A stretch of DNA of 64,000 bases, from contig CM030335.1 of the NCBI GenBank assembly GCA_017654855.1, forward strand, positions 248,001 to 312,000. Direction: 5' to 3'. The notes under the pieces are model-generated. The model worked only from the letters and a program-made list of their open reading frames with translations, was not told where the DNA came from and made no database searches. The stretch comes from Podospora anserina (Eukaryota). The position numbers and the translations under genes are program-made. Shown piece by piece: positions 49,935 through 62,977 of this stretch; the stretch's first letter is position 1; every line of letters starts with the position of its first letter.

Positions 49935-50499
49935 TTTGAAGATGGATTCTGCTTTTATGTTGGGAGTTGGGAAACATTTTTCGGGAAACTTTTGGAGGAG
50001 GCGAAAACAAAGCAAACACGCATTTTGATACCACTTGTGTTCATCCATTCTCTGGCTTTTTCTCTTCTTCGACGGACATACTTTATTTTGGCTTTTTCGG
50101 TTGTCAAGCTGTTTTGTTGTTTTGCAACGTTCTGTCTTTTTCTTTTCTTTTCTTCTTTTTTTTTTGGCATTCATTGAGGGTTCACATTACATGGATCTGG
50201 CATGGGGGTAACAACTCAGGGAACTTGTACAGGGAATTTCTGGAAGGGTTTTCGAGCCAGTCAGTCAACACACTAGACGTAGACAAATACAGGAAGGCTG
50301 GGATCATAGACTATATATATCTGACGTTATTTGCTCATCTTGCTTTTGCCCTTTATGTATGTGATCCCCTCCTCTGCCTCATGCTCATGGGATGGTAGCT
50401 GTAGTTTCTCTGGGCCATGTTGCAGGCGTCGTTTTTTACTCTCATCAGCTTCAATGCCTTGCCATATCTATTCTCTTCAAACAAAGTCCTTCTGTCAAC

Positions 50500-52074
50500 T
50501 CACTGGAAGCTCTCTCTCAACAAACCCTCTTTCCTTTTCGCCAAATCCACAATCATCGCCCCAAACAACCCATTGGCCCAGCTGAACCACTCCCTCGTCC
50601 ACTTTGTGCTATCCCATCCGTCAATGCTTTCATGGATCAGCCCCAACCCATCCGTACTCCCTAAAATTTGTTTCAACGCGCCCCTAATTTCCTCATCATC
50701 CTCGCTCGTCATAATCTGCATCACCAAACTCATAGGCCAAACCTTGCCCGGGCCCGTGTGCGGTGACCCAACCCCCCTGACCACCTCCCCATCAGCATAG
50801 TACGGATTTCTCCTGCTGAGGATCCGTCTCCTCGTAGCCTGATAAACCGGATCACTACCGGCCACGTACCCCATCACGGGCGCCGACAGCAAGCTCGGCA
50901 GATTCGCATCATCCCCCAGCACCACCCCCCCAAACCCATCCACCTCATACGCGTACACCTTTTCTTTGCTCACCCCATCCTCCCCCACCACCTCCACAAC
51001 CCCAAACTTCTCAATCCCCTCCCTCACCTCCCTCGAAAAAGCCCTCATCTCCCCCGCCAGCTCTTGCTCCCCCAAATCCTCGGCAATCACCGCCGCCCCC
51101 GCCAAAGCCACACAAAACATCATATTCCCCGGCACCAAAAACTGATACGTCGTCGCGTCATCACTAGGCCTAAACGCACTCCTGACCAACCCCGTCCCCG
51201 AAGCAACAGGGCTTCCCGCCCCATCATTCGCCAACGTCTCGGTCGACCGCGTCGTCATCCTCGCAAAGCTATACCCACTCCCCAACACCCTCCCATCAGC
51301 CCCATACGTCGTCCCCCTCTGCATCCCCCTCCCCACCTCCACCACCCTCCTCACCGCCCCAGTCCAATTTCCTTGTCGGGCAAAAAACTCGATATCGTGC
51401 GTGGAAAAGTAATAATCCCTCGACAACTCCAAAAACGAAGCCAGCGAGTCGACCTCCCACTTGCACTCAAAAACCCCAGCCCTGTCATACTCCGGACGCA
51501 CCACGTCTTTGTCCCCGCCCTCCTCGTCAGAAATGATGCCTGACTCGGGGGGCGGGCGGAACGAGTTGCAGTACCCAGCTGAGAGGACATTTCTTGCCTG
51601 GGTGTTCACCGTTCCACGGAAGAGGCTCGCCAGGGAGTCAGATGAGGGTGAGGGGGTCAGCAAGGGGAGGTAGGACTGCAGCTGGCGGGCGCTGTCGCGG
51701 AGCCACATGGCGTTGATGTCGCCCGTGATGATGAAGGTCAGTTCTTCTTCGCTATCGGGAGAGTTGGAATGGCCGTGCCATTTGATGGCTGTGTCGAGGG
51801 TGTTGGGGTAGGTGTTTTGCCAGAGGCGGAGGAGGTCGGGGTCGGCGATGGGGAGGGTGCCGAGGAGAGACTCGAGGGAGGAGAGGTTGAAGGTCCGGCA
51901 CGAGGGGGAGGGGCGGGCGGAGGAGAGGGCGTGCCGGCCGGGGGAGAAGGGGGGGTGACGGGTGCGGGAGCGGGTGGAGTAATCTAAGCATGAGGAAGAT
52001 GAGTCTTGGGAGGTGACGAGGGGGGTTGCCTGGGATAGCAAGATCAGCAGTTGGGCGGTGGCGAGGGGTCTCAT
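50500..52074 (-). CDS. Secreted glycoside hydrolase family 125 (DUF1237, exo-alpha-1,6-mannosidase-like)
   Basis: Signal peptide; PNTLDT, ITGDINAMWLRDS, FECKWEVDSL, SAFRPSDDA, DDANLPSLL, TREWFSWANGLF. Confidence 0.92.
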   Translation of the reverse strand: MRPLATAQLLILLSQATPLVTSQDSSSSCLDYSTRSRTRHPPFSPGRHALSSARPSPSCRTFNLSSLESLLGTLPIADPDLLRLWQNTYPNTLDTAIKWHGHSNSPDSEEELTFIITGDINAMWLRDSARQLQSYLPLLTPSPSSDSLASLFRGTVNTQARNVLSAGYCNSFRPPPESGIISDEEGGDKDVVRPEYDRAGVFECKWEVDSLASFLELSRDYYFSTHDIEFFARQGNWTGAVRRVVEVGRGMQRGTTYGADGRVLGSGYSFARMTTRSTETLANDGAGSPVASGTGLVRSAFRPSDDATTYQFLVPGNMMFCVALAGAAVIAEDLGEQELAGEMRAFSREVREGIEKFGVVEVVGEDGVSKEKVYAYEVDGFGGVVLGDDANLPSLLSAPVMGYVAGSDPVYQATRRRILSRRNPYYADGEVVRGVGSPHTGPGKVWPMSLVMQIMTSEDDEEIRGALKQILGSTDGLGLIHESIDGWDSTKWTREWFSWANGLFGAMIVDLAKRKEGLLRESFQ

Positions 52075-52668
52075 TGTTTTCGTTGTCAGTTAGACATGAC
52101 AGGCCCGGAAAGGAAAGTCAAAAGTGTGTGGGAGTGCGGAGATCCAGGTCGGGTTTATACTGCTTTCCCAACCAACCCCCTTCCCCAACCGTGATGATCG
52201 TCGGTGACACAACCTGAACCGTTTTACCGGGCAACCACCAACCCAAAGGAACTGAGACACCTCTTCGCGGCGGATGGCATTGGACGGTGGGTGCGGGGAC
52301 AAACTTTAACTGCCACACCTCAGGACCCTGCGCACGGCAGACGCTGGGCTTCCCGAGGGTCATGCAAATGCCGTCCTCTGCCGTGTTTGCCCCCAAGTTC
52401 CAACACGAGAACTTGGACTCCTCAATGCACAAACTGCCATGTGAGCAAGCCAAAAATACCCATCTTACATCTCTTCCCCGATACCAGCCAGCTCTCACCC
52501 CTCCCTATCCCTCCCGTCCCTCCATCAACACAACCAACCGCCAACCCAACATCCAAAATGAGACAACAACCCCCCAAACCCTCCTAAGCAATCAACTTCC
52601 ATCACACCCCAGTCAATCTCCAGTCAATCCCCAAAAGGAAAATGCTTCCCCTCTCCCACCAGAATGTT

Positions 52669-52741
52669 TGGACGAGTTGGGAATCGAACCCAAGACCTTT
52701 CGCATGCAAAGCGAACGCGCTACCAATTGCGCCACACGCCC
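52669..52741 (-). tRNA. tRNA-Ala (UGC), intronless
   Basis: 73-nt cloverleaf GGGCGTG...TTCGC TT TGC AT GCGAA...GGTTCGATTCC...CTCGTCCA; G3:U70 alanine identity pair. Confidence 0.95.
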
Positions 52742-52783
52742 GAAAAGAAGGATATGAGAGAAGAAGATGTGAAGATATCGGTG

Positions 52784-52875
52784 TGGACGAGCTGGGAATC
52801 GAACCCAGGACCTTTCGCATACAAGAGGAAACAGAGTATGCTAAGCGAACGCTCTACCAACTGAGCCACACGCCC
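52784..52875 (-). tRNA. tRNA-Ala (AGC) with a 19-nt intron after position 37
   Basis: Cloverleaf with anticodon AGC, intron TACTCTGTTTCCTCTTGTA, G3:U70 pair and GTTCGA T-loop. Confidence 0.95.
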
Positions 52876-54167
52876 CGTAAAATCATCACCTGATTGCTGT
52901 TGAGCTTGGTGTCTGAAGGTTGACGCTATAGCGGACGTTCTGGATTTGAGAATTTGGTGTAGTTGAGATGATGAGCTGGATTCTCGAGATGGTGGCAGTT
53001 GGGATGAGCATGGTGCTTCCGCCCATGGCCCCGACCTAGAACAACATCAGCCAACACCGTCTCCCCAGACCATCCCCTTACCTCTCTCCACACCACTCTA
53101 ACCATCACAGCCACAACAATACACACACACTGCCACACACAAAACGCGCACAACTGGTCCTTTATTGAACACACAGACTACCTATCAACCACCCCAACCC
53201 GCCCCTGTCATCTCCTTGCCTGCCTTCTTCCTCTTCGCCAATCCCCCCTTTTTTTCGCCCCTCCTCCCTGCTTTTTTTTGTGTATCTTTGGTGCCACTTC
53301 CTGTCTTCGCCCTGTCGCCCGGCCTACTGTAGGTCTAAGAAAGAGAGTTTCCTTTTTGTTGCCAAAGTGAACCCACACTCTCTTTTTTTCCCCTCTTTTG
53401 TCTTGCCCAAAAAAGCGTTTCTTTTCCGTTCATATCGCTCGCGCCTCGCAGGTCCATCAACAACTTCAAAAAAGAAAAAAACCACACGTACGTGGTTTTA
53501 TCTTTTTTTTTCTGTGTAAAAAAAAGAGGGGGTATCTCTGAGTTTGGTGTATTTTCCGATTTTGTCCAAAGGGTGTGTTTCTGTGTTAAAAAAAAAAGGG
53601 TGACGGAAGGTTGGGGGTATGATTGAGTAAAACCAAAAAAGGACTTTGCCCGAAAAGCAGAAAAAAAAGATGATCAAAACGAAAGAAAGCCCTGTTGACA
53701 AGAAAGAATGCAAGCCGCAAACAACAACGACAACAAGAACTGAAGGTTGAGGGTGCTGGCAATGTGTATTCTCCTGCTTGCGAAAAGAAGCCGACATAAA
53801 CATCGCACCTTCGTCCATTCTTGATCTCTTTTCCCTCCACCTCCACCCTTCCCCGTCTGTATCGTCTTGGTGGCCGATATGTTTGTGGTCCGGTTAAAAG
53901 CAGAAACAAAAGCGTTGTTGATGTTGTGTAGGTTTCCCAAAAAGTTTTGTCGTAGAGCCAGAAGAACCGTTGAACGCCGGGAGGGAGAGAGAAAAAACAA
54001 AACCCAAAGTCGTGTCGTAACCTTTCCCATGTCGTTCATAATCTATGCGATGCGGGGGGGGGGAAAAGATCATCGGAGCGTAAACGCCATGCAACAGTCG
54101 TCAAAAATCGAAACCTCGATCGAATTTCCCCAGCATTCAGCCCACTCTCATGGGAGGAGCCGCCCGC

Positions 54168-55021
54168 TTAAGCAAGGGGGGCACCGGGAGCAGGAGCCTG
54201 CGCAACCTGGGGGTTTCCAAGGTCAACCTCGGGGGCGTCGGCACCGTTAGCACCGTTGCGCTTGGGGCAGTCCCGGGAAATGTGGCCAGCCTCACCGCAC
54301 TGGTAGCAGGTCTTGCCAGCAGTGTTGAGGGGACCGCCGTTGGGAGCGGTGCAGTCGCGCGAGATGTGGCCGAGCTTGCCGCAGGCGTAGCACTTCATAG
54401 CCTGAGCCTGGCAGTCGCGAGCGTAGTGGTTGGGGCCACCGCACTTGTAGCAGGTGGCGTGGCGGGCGCCGCCGGGGTGGAAGCCGCCACGGGCAGGACC
54501 GAAGCCACCACGGCCGGGCATGGGGCCGGGGGCCATGCCGCCCTGAGCGCTAGGGCAGTTGCGCTGAAATCCGCGTCAGTCCCGCTGTCTCCCTCTCTAG
54601 ACAAAATCATTCCGTCGACTTACGGCAATGTGGTTGGGCTGTCCGCAGGTGTAGCAGCGGTTGTGAGGACCGCCGGGGCCGCCGTTCAGGCGCATGGTAG
54701 GGCACTCAGCCTGGACGTGGCCAACACCCTGGCAGTGGTAGCACTGCTTGGACTTGGTGGTGCGGGGCAGGGGGCACTCGTTCGACTCGTGGTCTGTTGG
54801 GATGCTGCGTTAGAATTGCCGGTCGAGAAAAGGCTGAGGGAGTACAAGATGCTTACTGGGCTGCTTGCCTGTGAGAGGTGTTAGTAGCCGCCAAGAACCA
54901 ATCACGCAGAGGAGGGAGACACATTACAGTTGTAGCAGAGACGGGCGGGAGCTGGGCAGCCATCGGCCTGGTGACCCAACTCGCCACACTTGTAGCACGC
55001 GCGCTTGTGAGCCGAAGACAT
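54168..55021 (-). CDS. CCHC zinc-knuckle nucleic-acid-binding protein (CNBP/Gis2/Byr3-like)
   Basis: Exons 55021-54928, 54868-54857 (12-nt microexon), 54793-54624, 54563-54168. Seven CX2CX4HX4C knuckles and an RGG linker. Confidence 0.92.
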
Positions 55022-57635
55022 GTTTCCGAACATAGGTGAGCTAGGGAGTGGAATTCCGTTAGTTTGAGGTGTCTGGCTTGGTGTTGGTTGGTTAAGTCCG
55101 AAAAGTGTTGCTAGAACTGCCATGCTGGGCGACACGTTTGCAGACAAGGACGACTCGACGAGTAGGTATAGATTTCGGCAGCCGGTGATCGAATGACAAA
55201 CGATGAAGAACCCTCCTATAGAATCCCAGACAAACAACCGTTGACGATCCCCACATGCGGCGCTTTAACCTCTCGACTGCTCCATGAAACGGTTTTTTTT
55301 TTTTTGGGAAATGTGGCTGGCTGGACTCGGTGGGTGAATTATTGCGCGCAATTCTCGCCAGTTTGGGATGTTCGTTGGCGCTGGCAGCAGACGAACCATC
55401 AGGTCGGAAGCCGGAAGCCGGGAGCCAAGACTGAGGGCGGGAAAGAGGCGTGGGGAGGAGTTGTCGTCGTGGTTGTTGCTCAAAATGTGTGTGCTTTGCC
55501 GTTGTTGCTGCCTCGTCGATGTGATGTGCCCCTCCACCTCCCTCCCCAAGCCATATAGGGTTTGCTCCATCAACAAAGTTGCGCCAGCCAGACCTGCTCC
55601 ATGTAATGTCCAAGCCTTCCAACGGTTGCTCAACCCGAGCCGGAGGTTATTTCCCTCATTGTCGATGAAGAGAGCCGAGTGTCCAGTCGCAAACGTGTCG
55701 GTCGAAAATCATAGAGATATGCAGCGGGGGGCAGAAGGCGGTGCGCCACACAAAAAACTCACCTGTGAAGAAAATATCAAAATAAAAAACCGGCAGTTTT
55801 TCCTTTCCTTTCCTTCTGTTCCTTCGCAAAAAGTTCTCCAAACCTCGATCTTCCTTCTTTCCGTCAGCGTCCAACGTCCTCTCCAACAACTCCAGAAAAA
55901 GTAATGACCTGTGGCTTCCTAAAGGGTGTGCTGAAAGGGAAGAGGAGAGAAGGTGGCGGAAGAGGCGGAAACAAGGAGGGATATGGGAACCCCAAGTCAG
56001 GAAGGAAGGGATAGCGCCAGTTCGCAGGCCAGAGCTAGCTAGGCTGTGGGAGGGGTTGATGCAGGAAGTCAGCACGTCAGCCGAGGTACGTGACCGGTAC
56101 CTATTTTCTCCCCTCTGTCTGCTGCAGAATCAAGTACCCTGATGTCCCCTCACTACCTCATCGCTCTCTCTGCTTCAGCAGCAACTGAATTTCAGCGACA
56201 AGGCACGCTAAAAATCTCTTGGGGCTTGGCAATGCTGCTTCACGGCGGCTCGTGACTGGGCGCCGCCGCTGACTCGTGCCCACAGCTGGTTGCGGCAACT
56301 TCACGGCGACCGGTGACACTGGAGCATCACCTCGATGCAATCCAGTTGTCTATTCGCCTGCCGTCTTGTTCCCTTTTTTGCCCTGTCTTATGTCTTGCCC
56401 TAGCTGTTTGATGGAACTGTCTCACTTCGGCAGTCTCTCGCCCTGTGGCCAAACGGCCATTGCCCCAAACGCCACATCTGATAATCTGAGGCTCTCGCGG
56501 GGCATCCCCGGCGACACGGCTGCAGCTGACAATCGCAACGGTAACTCACCTCGGTTTACTTTCGGCGCTAGAGCTTTTATATCGCGCGCTTTCACACGGC
56601 TGTGCCGGTCGACTGCTGAGAGCCTGACTGAGAGCGGGAGGAGAGACGAAAGCACTAAAGCAACATGAGTTTCCATTCCCCTCTTCCGCCGTCTCCTGCT
56701 GGAAGGCTGGAACCTCCCAACCTTGCTCCATCCCACTGCGGGGCTTTTCGTTTGCCATGCTCATCTCGATCTGCACCTCGCCTCTTGACAGTGTGAGGCT
56801 TCTCTTTCGGAGAACTAATAAATGGTTACACTAGATATCTGCATATATATGTCGAGACATGCATATATGGCAGCCCGGTTCAGTCATCAAACATGCTGTT
56901 GGTGATGATGATGATGATGATAATGTTGGCAGTCGGGTGCCCTGAACAAAAAAAAATAAAAATACAAAAACCCCGCCTTAAGCGTGACGGACCCCTGTCT
57001 GCCTTCGATATCCCCCCTCTCTCGACCCAATCATGCCCAACCGGAGCTGCTCTCGGGACACTGTGATTGATGCAACGGCAAGAGAGAGACAGGAACTGTG
57101 TGGTTGACCGCATGTGCAATGCCGGCTGGCACCCCTCCAATGGGCAATAAAAGGAGGTGCAGAGTCCGGAAGACCCAAAGAGGGTTGGTCCTTGCTCTCA
57201 GTCCGCAAAGGGCTGTCCCGAGCTTGACCCCGACAATATGGAAACTGCCCCAGATATAGAACCCTCGCAAGGCTACCGTGTATCACAAATGAGCGGCCTG
57301 CAGACGGGAATACTACTCGGACAGTTTGAGAATCCCGACAACACCTTTCAGCGGGAGGAGGGTAGGGGTGGATGACGAACAGGTGTTGGTCTGTGCCTTA
57401 CACAGTATCCGTTTGGTCTTGACACTATATGTCTGAAGCTCCGAGCTTGAGGAGCTCACGCATTGACGTCGAACAGATGTGGGATATCACGAGCTGCTGA
57501 CTACCTACGCCGTTTCATACCCGACAGAACCTCACTTCATGGCGGCGGTAGAGCTCTCTCGAGTGAGATGCTGACAATTATCAACCTGGTTCGAAACCCT
57601 TGACCCTTGATTATTACGCACCATCTTTCTCGGCC

Positions 57636-59425
57636 CTACACCCAAACCGCCGGCCGCTGCTGCTGCTGCTGCTGCAACCTTTCCCTCTCCACCGGATGCA
57701 GACCAGCCGCATTTTCCTCACTCCCCAACGGCGGCGGCACCATCGACCTCGGTCTCGCCTCCACCACGTAACTAACCCCATCATCAGAAGCATACGACGG
57801 TGGCCTCCTCACCCCCCCGGTGCCCCTCGAGCTCGGATCAGAAGAGACACCGCTGTCCAACGTCTCCTCACTTGTATTCCCACCCTCGGCACCCCCCGGC
57901 CCAGCAGCAGCCTGGTTCCTAGCCCAGTAAAACCTATCCGGATCAACTCTCTGTCATAACAAACATTAGCCTTTCATCCACGAAGCTCACTTTTGCTTTC
58001 AGAGAACAGAACATACCACACTCTCCCTCCAAAGTCCATACGCGGGGGGGCCCAACTTTGTCGCCTCGCTCTCGATCCCCACCGCCTCCTCGTCCCTCGC
58101 GAGCACAACCCTGATGGGCTCCCGTGGGATGGCGTACCCGCTCCCTGGGGCGATTTGCTGGATCATCTCTGGCCTTACCACCCCGCCTTCCCTGGAGGAG
58201 GAGTTACTACTTTGCAGTGTCCCGTTCCGTGACTTGATCACCAGCATGCAGAGCTTGATGAGGCTGTGGCAGAAGAAGATGGTGATGAACAAGATGATGA
58301 GAATGAGCAAGATGGTGAACTCGGACGAGGTGATGTTTTTGGTGAGGGTCAGGGAGAGGTCTAGTAGGGTGGCTGTTAGCACAAAGAAAGAGGGAATACG
58401 GCGGGGGTAAACTTACACACAGTCAAGATGAGTATCAGAAACAACCCCGACACAAAACACCGCAGGATCTGCGTGCGGATGCGCCGGGACTTGATCCAGG
58501 GGAAGCAAAAGAGGAAGTTCTTGGGGGGTTTCCTCCTGCTGCCGCCGCTGCCGCCGCCTGTTCGACTGCCGCTACTGGTTGAACTCCCCTGTTCTGTTCT
58601 CCGTCGTCGAGTTTCTCCATCTCTCCTCCGCCGCCTCCTCTCTTCTCTCGTCTCCCCGCCTTCCCGTCTCGACCCCCCGCTCCCCTCCCTCCTATGCCTC
58701 CTGGACCGATTGCTCCCCCTCGTCACCGCCCTCTCCGGCTCAGCCACCTCCTCCTGCCCAGCCGTCGTCGTCCCAGGCCTAGTCGGCGGCCCGCTGCTCC
58801 CCCCAGTCCATACCCTCTCCAGCCCAGGCAAGTGCAACCTCGTGCTCGGCAGCGCCTGCTCCCCGATCCTGAACGCCGGGCTCTTTGGGCTCTCCACCGT
58901 CGCTTCCTGCCCGTTGATCACCGTGGGCGGTGCACCTCTCAACCCAGCACCAGAGTAGTTGCTGCTTGGGGGGCGCAAACCAAAGAATGAGGGGCGGGGG
59001 AACCGGGCGAGGAAGGACAACCGCTGGGGTTGTTGGGGCTGGGGGTGGTGTTGGCCGGATTCGGGATCGGAGTGGGGGGAGAAACGGGGGGATAAGGGGA
59101 CGTGTTCGTCGTTTGTTGTGCGGGGGTCGTAGGATTGGTAGATTGGGTAGGAGAGGCCGTAGGGGGAGGGGTTGTTGTTGTTGTTGTTGCTGTTGTTGTT
59201 GTTGCTGTAGGGGTTGTAATTTTCGACTGTTGCTGGGTGGGGGCCTGGTGGGGGACAGAGGGAGGAGTTGCATGTTGAGGTTCGGGGAACGACGGGGGCG
59301 GTGCGGATGGTGACTGTGTTGGTGGTGGTGTTGTCGGTTATGGTGTCGTTGGTGTCATTGGTGTTGTTGTTGTTGTTGTTGTTGGTCCGGGAGGAGGACC
59401 CGGTGAAGAAGTTGAAGCGGTCCAT
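57636..59425 (-). CDS. Conserved fungal hypothetical two-TM membrane protein
   Basis: Exons 59425-58417, 58360-58017, 57950-57636. FLFCFPWIKSRRIR, two hydrophobic helices, and PPAYGLWRESV|RVDPDRFYW spliced in frame; N-rich low-complexity N-terminus. Confidence 0.8.
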
Positions 59426-59914
59426 GGTGAAGGGAAAGTTCAGTGTCCTTGTGTATCAGGTGGGTGAGTGTTGTCTTGATGTGAGTTTTTATCCGGCGAG
59501 CATGCTGTCTCCTCTGTGTGCCTCAGATGAGTCGTTTTCAGACCGATGTGAAGTTGTCAGGTAGGTTTGACTTGAAAGTATGAGTCCAACAGTTGCGCGT
59601 CCCAGTCTGTCAACCTCAGTGGTCAACGATTGTTGATGTTGATATTGACGTCGCACAACCTAAGCTCCCCCCGTCTGTTCCCGCTCGATCGTCCCCACGC
59701 GCGGTGATAGGTCGCCAGGCCCTGCAGGTCGCCGTGCGCTTGTCTTTGAAGGGTTCGCGAACTGTGCTGCCCCTTAAAAATAATGCGCCTCGAGTACCTC
59801 CCTTCAACGGCGGGCGCTGATATTCGGGATATAAAAACGGTTGGCGAAAACGAAAAAGGGAAGGGCGTGCCGAAAGAAGAACAGTTGTTTTCGTCGGTCG
59901 GAATATTGAAATCG

Positions 59915-59961
59915 AGAAAGAGAGAGAGAGAGAGAGGGAGGGAGGGAGGGAGAGAGAGAGG
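59915..59961. repeat. (GA)n/(GGGA)n purine tract
   Basis: Direct reading; lies upstream of the minus-strand gene starting at 59425, where it reads as a CT tract. Confidence 0.75.
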
Positions 59962-61739
59962 ATATCAAGGTATCATAAAGGCCCGGCCCGCTGCTTGAAC
60001 TGAAGTGATGGTGCTGAAGAAAAAAGATGCCGAGTGTGTCGTAGCAAATGACCGTCGTCCAATAAATTACCGGCTCCCAGAGCGATGCGAATGTAAGGGA
60101 AAAAGAAAACAAACACCGTCAAGGCAACAGGAAGAACAGAAACAACCAAAAGCCGACCTCAGGGCAGGGAGGTCATATCAAGAGAATAAAAAGAGGGAAG
60201 ATAAGAATGCCTGCACGGCAGGATTTAGACTGTGGTGGTGGTGGTGAGGTGGAAATGTGTGTCGATAGGTCCAGAGGCACCCTCCCCTGTTTTGTTTCGT
60301 TGTTTCGTCGTATGCAAGTGGATTCGTCCCAAGCCACCGCAAAGACGCTTCGTCGACCGACAGGCAATTCTTGACGGACGGAATGGGACCTGCACCATTC
60401 ACCATTCGACAAGAATTGACGATGTTGCAGCCCTGAGGAAGGGGGGAGGGGCTTGATTGGATGGAGGGTGAGAGGGGGACGTGACCAGATATGCAGGGGT
60501 CAGCCTGCGCTTGGCTTCACTTGCACGGACACGAGGTGAGCCACCAGTGAACCTGAGGAGGTGAAGGGATCTCCGTTGACGCAAGATTCAGAGCTTCTTC
60601 GGCCCCCTGCCTCGAGATCACCACGGGATGAACGACGAGGAACCCATCCACAAGGAGGCTCGTGCAGCATCTCGAAACTCTTTTCCCGGGACGGTTATCT
60701 CTACGGTTCCTATCGACGTACAGGAAGCAAGGCAACCTGTTGACTTCTCCTGCATCTGCTGTGCTGCCTTGGACACCCCAACTGCGAATACCTTCAGAAC
60801 GGCAGGGTGCCTTGCATCGTCGGGCGTCGGCAGGAGGCTTCATGACATCCAGTTGTCTTGCTCTTCAAACTCGACGACAAAAGGGGAAATCCCAATGATT
60901 GGCTGCGAGTGATTCCAGTGCAACGTCGGCTTGGCGCATGAGTGGACCACAGTCACAGGCGTGTTTCAGATCTCCCCAGGCCTTGTTGGAGTTTTCTGGG
61001 GAATGGCTGTCAGAGAGGTTCAAGATTCAAGAAAAAAAGAATAAGAAGACAGGATGGTCGCAAGTGGATTTTGGGCATCAAGAAAACTCCTGGAATACAT
61101 CATGGTCAGCCAGCAACGACGGTGAGTCAATCGAATCATTGATGGTCAAACTTGAGCCCAGACTTCTTCTCGATTGATGGCCGGACAGAGCCAATCAATA
61201 ATATCTGACAGAATGCCCCGTCTCATGTAGAAGCTGTGACTGATGCCGCAACCCAATGTCAGGCATCAAAAGTGTCTGCTGCGCATTGAGTTGCTGATCG
61301 CTCGTGCTTTGGCTGTCTTTATCTTCGAGATCTGTGCCCTCGTCCTGAAATGTCTCCTGGCGCGCGCCTGTATGCATCCTGTAGGTGTGGTGTATATCCT
61401 TTCAAATTTTTATTCGTACAAGGCTGGGTATCAAGCTCGCTTTACTTTTATCCTTTCCATCACTGCTCCTCTGCTCAGCCTTTCGCCGGTATCATTGAAG
61501 CGCCTGGGCATACTTCCTTTCCAAATATGCAGTCCTGCCGTGCCGGAGCAGGCTGTAGCCTAAAGGTGATCTTTTCTCGTCGCACAACAGCCAAATCGAC
61601 ACCTATTCTTGAAATAGGGGCATCGCCTCAGGCAGACTGCAGCGAGGCGGTTAGACGGCCGTTGTGGTTCGAACATGAGCAACTTCGCACTGGGCTAGAC
61701 AATTCCTCGACTCGAGAGGCATCGTCGCAACCCGCCGCC

Positions 61740-62977
61740 TCACTTGAGCTCACCCAACAACATGTTCCGGTCTGATGACGCAGAGAGGACTAGACAAAAA
61801 TTAGCAACACGTCCAGCACCAGGCAAAAGTCAACGACACATACTGAGAGGTTCCGCCCCCGGTGCAAAGTCAACCGAGTTGACTGTCCCCTTATGACCGG
61901 GAAGCTTGTACAGCAACCTTCCTGTACCCGCCTCCCAAACCACAGCCGTTCCATCACCAGCACCCACCGCGATCTTCTTGCCGTCCGAGTCCCAGCTTCC
62001 CTTGATCAAGTTCTTCTCCATGCCCAGCGGTGCGCCGTCAAATGTCCGAATGTGTCGCTCGGCAGGGGCGAAAGGCCTAATGTCCCACGTCCTGGCGGTC
62101 GAGTCCATCGCATACGACAATAATTGCTGCCCGTCCGGCGATACCCTCAACGTCGTGATCGTGTCCTGATGACCCAGCATTGTGTGTACCACAGCCTTTT
62201 TCCTGACATCCCACACCTTGATGTCATTGTCGATGCCACCCGAATAGATCTCATTGCCAGCCTCCGAGAAAGCAACCGCCGTGATGGGGAAATCCGTTTC
62301 AATGTAATCCGCCGCGTGCTTCGTCCTTGGATCCCAAATACCAATTGTACCGTCGTTGCTGCCGCTGATGAGCATCTCCTCGCCGCGCTTGCTCAGGTCT
62401 AGCGATGTGACGCCTTCTTCGTGTCCAACGTAGCGTCTTATTCTTGTGCCTGATGTGAGGTCCCAACTAGCGAGGTGCATATCGGCAGAGGCGGTGAAGA
62501 GGATTTCGGAATCGCGGGACCATTGCAGGTCAAGAACGGCGCCCTTGTGGCCGGAGAGAACGCCGTAGTTTTCGCAGTCGCCGTAGGTTCGCCAAAGCAC
62601 TGGACTGGGTGTCAGTAGGTTTTCCGACCTGACCATCAAGTTTGTTTACGTACAAACTGTCCTGTCCATTGACCCAGAGGCTATTAAGTTTCCTGTGGGA
62701 TCGAATCTTGCCGCAAAGATCTCGCCGCTGTGTCCTGACAGCTCCATTACCGGAGCCTGCAAGGAGCTCGTTCGTGGAACCTTCATCGCGCATGTTAGCA
62801 GACATGATAAGACTTGTTTCCAAAACTCCAAAGACATACCGACGACTGAATTAGGGCACCAGAGCTTCCACCAGCAGGGCCAGAGCGGGTAGCGAGGGCG
62901 CGACTAGAGCCCACATTCTGCCGCTTGACCACGAGCTGCTGGTCGTCGCCTGGGAACGGTCTCTTTTCAGAAGACAT
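61740..62977 (-). CDS. U5 snRNP 40-kDa WD40 protein (SNRNP40/Spf38/Cwf17)
   Basis: Exons 62977-62840, 62780-62654, 62599-61844, 61789-61740. VPRTSSLQAPVMELSGHSGE, LWRTYGDCENYG, WDIRPFAP, LYKLPGHKGTVN, ILSASSDRNMLLGEL. Confidence 0.92.

Noticed and set aside
56838..56873. Imperfect AT-rich inverted repeat
   Set aside because: Short and low-complexity, with no associated element or target-site duplication.
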